This document shows, piece after piece, positions 58,118 to 64,000 of a DNA stretch of 64,000 nt. A program made the translations under genes and the position numbers. Under the pieces are notes generated by a model. The model was not told the DNA's origin. It made no database searches and saw only the letters and a list, made by a program, of their open reading frames with translations. The DNA comes from Sedimentisphaerales bacterium (GTDB lineage Bacteria; Planctomycetota; Phycisphaerae; Sedimentisphaerales; Anaerobacaceae). The stretch's first letter is position 1. The number at the start of each line of letters is the position of its first letter. Location: assembly GCA_040772485.1 (NCBI GenBank), contig JAXGYC010000007.1, positions 1,088,001 to 1,152,000 on the forward strand, in the 5' to 3' direction.

Positions 58118-60214
58118 TCACACGTTGTCGAGAGCCTGCACCAGGTCCGGGACAACGTCTTCGGCGGTTCCGACGATATAGTAGTCGCACTGTTTGAAGA
58201 TCGGTGCGTTGGGGTCGCTGTTGATCGCCACGATCGTCTCGGTGTTGGCGACGCCGATCATGTGCTGGATGGCGCCCGAGATGCCGATCGCAACGTAGAG
58301 CTTCGGGCCGACCGCCGTCCCGGTCTGTCCAACCTGGTGAACGCGTTCCACGAAGCCCTGCTCGACCGCCGCTCTGGACGCGCCGTACTCGACAGCCGTG
58401 TCCAGCTTCCTGCTCATCTCCGCGCAGAGCATGTGAAGCAGCCGGTCGAAGCCGTCGCGGCTCTGCATGCCTTTGCCGCCGGAGACGATGGCTTCGGCGC
58501 CGAAATTCACCTGCCCGCTGCCCAGCTCGGTCCGGATGATGTCGAGACTGACGTCGTCATCGGTCAGCTCGACCGTGTGCTTGATCACCTTGCCTTTGCG
58601 CTTGGGGTCGGCGGGGATCCGCCTCATCACGCCGGGCCGGGCCGTCGCCATCTGGCTCTTGGAGTTCTTCGTGCGGATCGTCGCCATGACGTTCCCGCCG
58701 AGGGCCGGACGGGTTTGAAGCAGCAGCCCGATATCGCCTTTGCGAGAGCTGTCGCGGATGTCGAGGCCCGTGCAATCGGCGGTCAGGCCGCAGCCCGTTT
58801 TGTACGAGACCATCGGAGCCAGCATGCGTCCCTGCGGCGTCGCTGCGTACAACACGATCTGCGGCACGTACTTGTCGATCGCGTCGGAAACCGCTTTGCG
58901 GTAGGCCGTCGGATCGAACTCCTTGAGCAGCTTGTGCTCGATCGCGTAGATGTGGTCGGCGCCGGCGGCGATCAGCTCTTCGGCCATGTGCGCGACGTTG
59001 TCGCCAGCGATGCAAACGCCGACTTTCGTTTCGAGTGAATCAGCCAGCTCGCGGGCCTTGCCCGTCAGCTCGAACGTCGCGGGATGGATGACGCCGTCGC
59101 CGCTGTGCTCGGCGACAACCCACACCTCGCCCTTGAAGGCCGGCTCGACCAGACCGAAGCCGCCGATCATGTCTTCGAGAGCCTTCTTGTGGAACGCCCC
59201 GCCCGCCTTCTCCACGACCTTGTCTTTTGTCGCATCATCGAGCTTGGCGGCGTCGGCGATCTTCATGTCCTTGAGGATGCCGGTCAGGATGTCGTAGTCG
59301 TCCTGCTCCTTCTTCGTCGCCTCATAGGGCCGCTCCAGCAGGCTCTTGCGTCGAGCAGGCAATACGTACGGTCCCGGCCCCTCATCGGCCTTGCCCCCTT
59401 CGCCATTGCCGCTCTTGAAGCTCTCGACGATGATCTTGGCGAGCGATTTGACGTCCTTGACTTCCCGGCACTTGCGGGTGCTCTTGCCCGGCGGGAAGAC
59501 GCGGATCACCGCGGTCTTAGAGCCCTTGGCTCCGATGTGCGTGGCGTTGATGTCGTCGGCGCCCCACTTGATCACGTCGACCTTGTTGGCCCACCGCGTT
59601 CCGGCGAACGTCGCGAACAGCGGGTATTCGTACTTGGCGACCGTGATCACCGCGGGCATCTTCCTGGTCGCGACGGTCTGGCTGCCGCCGCTGATGATGC
59701 GGGTGAACTCGAAGCGTTTCTTCTTGTACTCGGCGCCGGTGGCGTACGCGATGCAGGGCAACTGCAGCTCCTCGGCGATCTGTCCCGGCACCTGAGCGGT
59801 ATCGCCATCCACCGACTGCATGCCGGCGACCACGAAGTAATCGTCGCCGCAGTGGAGGATTTCCTTGACGATCCGGCGAATCGCGTAGGCCAGCGGGTTG
59901 GCGGTGGCCCAGGTGTCGGCCCCGCCCAGTGCGCGGTCCGTCAGGAGCACCACCTGATCGGCGGCACGGGCCAGGCTGTACCGAAGGACCTCCTCCGCCA
60001 TCGGCGGACCCATCGTCAGTGCGATGATCCGCGCCTTGGCGTCGCCGCTGATCTGCTTCATGTATCGGGCGAAGGCCAGCGCCTGAGCATCGAGTTCGTT
60101 GACGACGTTGGCCAGTCGGGATCGGACGAGCGTACCCGTCTCGGGGTCGAAGGCGTTGTCGGTGATTTGCGAGACGTCAGGGACCTGCTTGACGAGAACG
60201 ATGTAGTCACTCAT
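58118..60214 (-). CDS. Fused electron transfer flavoprotein beta + alpha subunits
   Basis: Beta half: VKQVPD, TMGPP, GADTWATA, GMQSVDGDTAQV. Alpha half: GLTADC, QTRPALGGN, QMATARPG, QVGQTG..V.PKLYVAIGISGAIQH. Confidence 0.93.
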   Translation of the reverse strand: MSDYIVLVKQVPDVSQITDNAFDPETGTLVRSRLANVVNELDAQALAFARYMKQISGDAKARIIALTMGPPMAEEVLRYSLARAADQVVLLTDRALGGADTWATANPLAYAIRRIVKEILHCGDDYFVVAGMQSVDGDTAQVPGQIAEELQLPCIAYATGAEYKKKRFEFTRIISGGSQTVATRKMPAVITVAKYEYPLFATFAGTRWANKVDVIKWGADDINATHIGAKGSKTAVIRVFPPGKSTRKCREVKDVKSLAKIIVESFKSGNGEGGKADEGPGPYVLPARRKSLLERPYEATKKEQDDYDILTGILKDMKIADAAKLDDATKDKVVEKAGGAFHKKALEDMIGGFGLVEPAFKGEVWVVAEHSGDGVIHPATFELTGKARELADSLETKVGVCIAGDNVAHMAEELIAAGADHIYAIEHKLLKEFDPTAYRKAVSDAIDKYVPQIVLYAATPQGRMLAPMVSYKTGCGLTADCTGLDIRDSSRKGDIGLLLQTRPALGGNVMATIRTKNSKSQMATARPGVMRRIPADPKRKGKVIKHTVELTDDDVSLDIIRTELGSGQVNFGAEAIVSGGKGMQSRDGFDRLLHMLCAEMSRKLDTAVEYGASRAAVEQGFVERVHQVGQTGTAVGPKLYVAIGISGAIQHMIGVANTETIVAINSDPNAPIFKQCDYYIVGTAEDVVPDLVQALDNV

Positions 60215-60371
60215 AGACCGTTTTCCCCACAGAAAAGAAACACTCCCACTATCGGGGTTGATCGAGCTTCTTCCAGACGCGCGCCGCCCGCGAGCCCACC
60301 ATGTGCTTCAGGGACGATAGACCATCCACCGTTACACAACCACCATCCGTACCTCTGACAGTAGATGGCGC

Positions 60372-60400
60372 ATCATAGGCCCCCGTTACAGACCTGTCAA
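60372..60400 (-). promoter_or_regulatory. sigma70 promoter of the ETF operon
   Basis: TTGACA-N17-TATGAT on the minus strand. Confidence 0.6.
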
Positions 60401-60469
60401 CCGAAAACGCCAATTCCCATTTGGGCGGCGGGTTACACCGTCGAGCGATGGCCCTCTGGCCCCCAGCGA

Positions 60470-61468
60470 TCATAGCCCGTATGGCCCGTTGCCGGCAGCA
60501 TCGCTGGAACTGGGCGGATGGGGAGAATGGAGAAGAAGCGGTCCTTCCGGCGGGTCGGCGTGGGACGACGACGGAGGAATCCACGCGGCGAAGGGATGAG
60601 CCTCGCCGCAGTCGGGACAGGGAATGGCGCTGTAGGCAGCGCCGCACTGGGGGCAGACGGCCCGATGCTCGAACATGTCGAAGGGGTTGCGGCAGTGGCC
60701 GCAGGTCCAGACCGCACCGGCCGGCGGCGCCGTGCGACAGGCCGGACAGGAGAACGCGGCGTGACGCGGCAATCTGGCCACGCGCACGAGGTGCAGCGCA
60801 TGCCGCAACCCGTTCCAGCAGTTCAGCAGAATGAAAGCCGCGAGAATCCCGAGCCAGACCGACCGCTCCCAGAGGGCCAGTACGAACAGGCCCACGACAC
60901 CGATCAGGCCGATCACCGTCGCGACAATCAGACTCCAGGCCCGACCAAACACGAACCACAAGATCGACCGCAGGATCTGGCCGCCGTCCAGTGGATAGAT
61001 CGGCAGGAGGTTGAAGACCAGCAGACCGACGTTGATGGCTACGATGGTCCGAAGCAGCCTGAACAGATTTGGCGCCTGCTCGGCCAGTCCAGAGGCATCG
61101 ATCCACAAAACGAGCAGGAAGAACGTGGGCGCCAGCACGACGTTCACCAGGGGTCCGGCGGCGATGCTCCTGAGAATGGCGCCGGGCCGTTGCGGCGGGT
61201 CCACGTAGGCGACGCCCCCCAAAGGCCACAGGACGATGCGATCGGCGCGGCCTCCCACCTGCCGGCAGGCCAGCGAATGGCCGAACTCGTGAAGCAGGAC
61301 GATGCCGAACAGCGACAAGTACTCCAGCACGCTCCACATCATGGACGGATAGCGTCCCGCCCGCATCTGGATCCCATAGTACGCCACGAGGAACCATGAC
61401 CAGTGCAGGTACAGCTCGATGCCTGCCAGGCGGAACAGCCGAATCGATCCCTGGTTGGTTGGAGTCAT
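60470..61468 (-). CDS. Site-2 protease (M50) with C-terminal zinc-ribbon CxxC pairs
   Basis: LHEFGH, AAGPLVN, FNLLPIYPLDGG. Tail has CPAC, CGHC, CPQC and CPDC. Confidence 0.9.
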   Translation of the reverse strand: MTPTNQGSIRLFRLAGIELYLHWSWFLVAYYGIQMRAGRYPSMMWSVLEYLSLFGIVLLHEFGHSLACRQVGGRADRIVLWPLGGVAYVDPPQRPGAILRSIAAGPLVNVVLAPTFFLLVLWIDASGLAEQAPNLFRLLRTIVAINVGLLVFNLLPIYPLDGGQILRSILWFVFGRAWSLIVATVIGLIGVVGLFVLALWERSVWLGILAAFILLNCWNGLRHALHLVRVARLPRHAAFSCPACRTAPPAGAVWTCGHCRNPFDMFEHRAVCPQCGAAYSAIPCPDCGEAHPFAAWIPPSSSHADPPEGPLLLHSPHPPSSSDAAGNGPYGL

Positions 61469-61543
61469 GCGCCTCTTTCCGTTCTCCGAAGGCGGTGGCG
61501 GCGCTGATGTACGCACCTGCCACCAAGACAAGCGACAAAACAC

Positions 61544-63055
61544 TCAGACGTATTCGCTGAACGCGGCGGACATAATCTGCTCTTCGGACCACTCCTCGCG
61601 ACTGAACGTCCCGGCCACGCGACCGGCCGAAAGCACCAGAATCCTATGAGAGATCGCCATCAGTTCCTTCAGATCGGATGAAACGAAAACGATCGCCTTG
61701 CCCTGCTGGGCCAGAGAGGCCAGCATGCGGTAGATCTCAAACTTGGCGCCGACGTCGATCCCGCGCGTCGGCTCGTCGAAGATGAGGATGTCACAGTCGC
61801 GGTAGAGCCACTTGGCGATCACCACCTTCTGCTGGTTGCCGCCGCTGAGCTGGCCAACCGCCTGTTCGCACGAGGAGCAGCGTACGTCCAGCGAATCGAC
61901 GTATCGCTGGGCAACCGCCTTCTCACGGGCTCCGTTCAGCCAGCCCAACGTGCTTACATCGTCCAGATGGGCAATCGAGACATTTGCCCGTATCGGGAGG
62001 GGCAGGAACAACCCCTGCTCCTTGCGATCTTCGGTGAGCAGCGCGATCCCGAGTCGAACGGCGTCGCTCGGTCGCCGGATCATTGAGGGCTTGTCGGATC
62101 CGTGCAGGTAGATGCTCCCTGCTTCGAGCGGATCGGCTCCGAAGACCAGACGCATCGTCTCGGTCCGGCCCGAACCCATCAGGCCCGCTACCCCGAGAAT
62201 CTCGCCGCGACAGGCCTCGAACGACACGTCGCGAACCTTCGAGCCCGCCCGCAAATCCACAGCGCGCAGGGCCGGGGCCCCCCGCCACCCGCCCGGCGCA
62301 AGAGCGTCTCGGTCCAGGTCGCGCCCGACCATAAGGCGAATCACGTCATCCGAATCCAACCCTGCCGCATCGCGAGTGGTCACGACCTTGCCGTCCCGCA
62401 GCACAGTAACGCGGTCGGCAATCCGAAGCACCTCCTCGATCCGGTGCGAAATGTAGATGATCCCGACCCCGTTGGCCTTGAGCCGGCGGATCTGGGCGAA
62501 GAGCAACTCCACCTCGCTGTCGGTCAGCGAAGCCGTCGGCTCGTCGAGCGCCAGGACGCGGCACCGCCGCGACAGCCCCGCCGCGATCTCCACCATTTGC
62601 TGCTGCCCGACGCCCAACGCGCCGACCGAGGTCGACGGATCGATTTGCGAGAGCCCCACCTGCTGCATCGCCTCGCGGGCGGAGCGGTTCAGCGTCTTGT
62701 AGTCGATGAAGCCGAATCGGCTGGGCAACCGTTCGATGAAGATATTCTCGGCGACGCTCAGATTGGGAATGAGGTTCAATTCCTGCATCACCATGCGAAC
62801 GCCCGCCGCCTCCGCCTGCCGCCTGCCACCGGGATTATAGGGTTGCCCGTCCAGAAGCATCTGTCCGCCGTCAGCCGTCTCGATCCCCGCGATGATGCGC
62901 GTCAACGTGCTCTTGCCGGCGCCGTTCTCACCGACGAGGGCGTGGACCTCGCCGGCGCACAGATCGATCGCAACCTGCCAGAGCGCCTGGACGCCCGGAA
63001 AGGCCTTGTCGACACCCGTGACGGTCAGCAAAGGATCGGCCGCGGAAGGCATCAT
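61544..63055 (-). CDS. Sugar ABC transporter ATP-binding protein (RbsA/MglA type)
   Basis: GENGAGKST, DEPTASL, LTEDRK, LSGGNQQKV, DEPTRGIDVGAK. Confidence 0.95.
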   Translation of the reverse strand: MMPSAADPLLTVTGVDKAFPGVQALWQVAIDLCAGEVHALVGENGAGKSTLTRIIAGIETADGGQMLLDGQPYNPGGRRQAEAAGVRMVMQELNLIPNLSVAENIFIERLPSRFGFIDYKTLNRSAREAMQQVGLSQIDPSTSVGALGVGQQQMVEIAAGLSRRCRVLALDEPTASLTDSEVELLFAQIRRLKANGVGIIYISHRIEEVLRIADRVTVLRDGKVVTTRDAAGLDSDDVIRLMVGRDLDRDALAPGGWRGAPALRAVDLRAGSKVRDVSFEACRGEILGVAGLMGSGRTETMRLVFGADPLEAGSIYLHGSDKPSMIRRPSDAVRLGIALLTEDRKEQGLFLPLPIRANVSIAHLDDVSTLGWLNGAREKAVAQRYVDSLDVRCSSCEQAVGQLSGGNQQKVVIAKWLYRDCDILIFDEPTRGIDVGAKFEIYRMLASLAQQGKAIVFVSSDLKELMAISHRILVLSAGRVAGTFSREEWSEEQIMSAAFSEYV

Positions 63056-63978
63056 CCGAGTGTTTCCGCCGTGACTAGATCGACGGGGGTTTCCTTGTCG
63101 GCGGGCGTTGCCTTGCCCGCGAGGATGTCAAGGGCGTACTGAATCCCATACAGCGCCAGCTTGTCGGCGTGCTGATCGACAGTGCAGAGAATCTTGCCCT
63201 CTTTGAGCAACCTCCGAACCGCCGCGATGTTGTCAAATCCGACGACATAAACCGAGTCGGACTTGCCCGCGTCCCGAAGCGCTGCCACCGCGCCCAGGGC
63301 CATGCTGTCGTTGGCACAGAGGAGGGCCTTCAGGTCCGGATGCTCGTTGATCAACGCTGCGGCGATGGGCTGGGCCTTGTCCGTTTCCCAGTAGCCGGTC
63401 TGCGAGGCCACGATGTCCATGCTGCTACCGATCATGGCGTCGTCGAACCCGGCCTTGCGCTGGATGCCATTGAAGGCGTTGGGCGCCCCTTCGATGATGG
63501 CGACTTTGTCGCCCGGCTTGAGCCGGGCCGCCAGATACGCACCGGCCAGCTTGGCCCCCTTGCGGTTGTCCGGACCAACGAACGGAATCTTGATGCCTTT
63601 GTCCTTGAGCACGTCGTCGTCGAACTTGTTGTCGATGTTGACCACGACGATGCCGGCGTCCATCGCTTTCTTGCAGACGGCGACCAGCGCCTTGGAATCG
63701 GCCGGCGCGATGACGATCGCATCGACCCCCTGGGCCATCATCATCTCGACGTATGCGATCTGCTGGGTGACATCCGTCTCGTCCTTGATTCCGCGGACTT
63801 CCAGATGGTACTGGTCCTCGTGCTCGGCGTGATGGGCACGGGCTCCTTCCTCCATGGTCTTGAAGAACTCGTTGGCCAGCGACTTCATCACCAGGGCGAC
63901 GGTCGGCCGGTCGTCCTTCTTCCGGCACCCGCAAAATGTCACGACAAAGGCCACCAGCACAACGGCCAGCATCTTCAC
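63052..63978 (-). CDS. Sugar ABC transporter substrate-binding lipoprotein (RbsB-like)
   Basis: Lipobox FCGC, KSLANEFF, APADSKA, CANDSMALGA, VVGFD. The frame stays open to the window end, so the start may lie upstream. Confidence 0.93.
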   Translation of the reverse strand: MKMLAVVLVAFVVTFCGCRKKDDRPTVALVMKSLANEFFKTMEEGARAHHAEHEDQYHLEVRGIKDETDVTQQIAYVEMMMAQGVDAIVIAPADSKALVAVCKKAMDAGIVVVNIDNKFDDDVLKDKGIKIPFVGPDNRKGAKLAGAYLAARLKPGDKVAIIEGAPNAFNGIQRKAGFDDAMIGSSMDIVASQTGYWETDKAQPIAAALINEHPDLKALLCANDSMALGAVAALRDAGKSDSVYVVGFDNIAAVRRLLKEGKILCTVDQHADKLALYGIQYALDILAGKATPADKETPVDLVTAETLG

Positions 63979-64000
63979 GATCGATCGGTTCGAATGACTC

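Noticed and set aside
61544..64000. Sugar ABC operon missing its permease
   Set aside because: The operon runs off the window end, so the permease may lie upstream.
63985..64000. GGTTCGAAT as a tRNA T-loop
   Set aside because: No cloverleaf is present upstream, and the motif lies in or next to the sugar-binding protein start.

Overview
GC-rich bacterial chromosomal segment. The gene content suggests a Planctomycetota genome of the Phycisphaerae/Sedimentisphaerales type (inference): Tat-exported sulfatase and Gfo/Idh/MocA oxidoreductases, GH9/GH127 hydrolases, a BlaI/M56 pair, DUF5648-type proteins, an AsmA-like protein and a stand-alone csrA. About 40 CDS are supported, including pyk, trmB, purD, asnA, gltA, csrA, a cold-shock gene, lemA, secreted multidomain proteases, a fused EtfB-EtfA plus ETF:quinone oxidoreductase pair and a sugar ABC transporter. 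I found no tRNA, rRNA, IS transposase or canonical CRISPR array. The most unusual region is 1657-2900. A small stand-alone GIY-YIG nuclease gene has a REP-like palindrome at its 3' end. It sits back-to-back with a near-consensus sigma70 promoter that reads into a ~700-bp non-coding mosaic of 7-mer and 8-mer tandem tracts, hairpins and a recurring CAAAGCC(AATT) motif in an ordered pattern. Other points of interest: an 877-aa coiled-coil lipoprotein with 53-aa repeats, an M56 sensor with ~20 ankyrin repeats behind a clear TACA-N2-TGTA operator, a pyruvate kinase lacking its C domain, and an isochorismatase-like protein lacking the catalytic Cys. All calls come from reading motifs by eye; no database searches were run.
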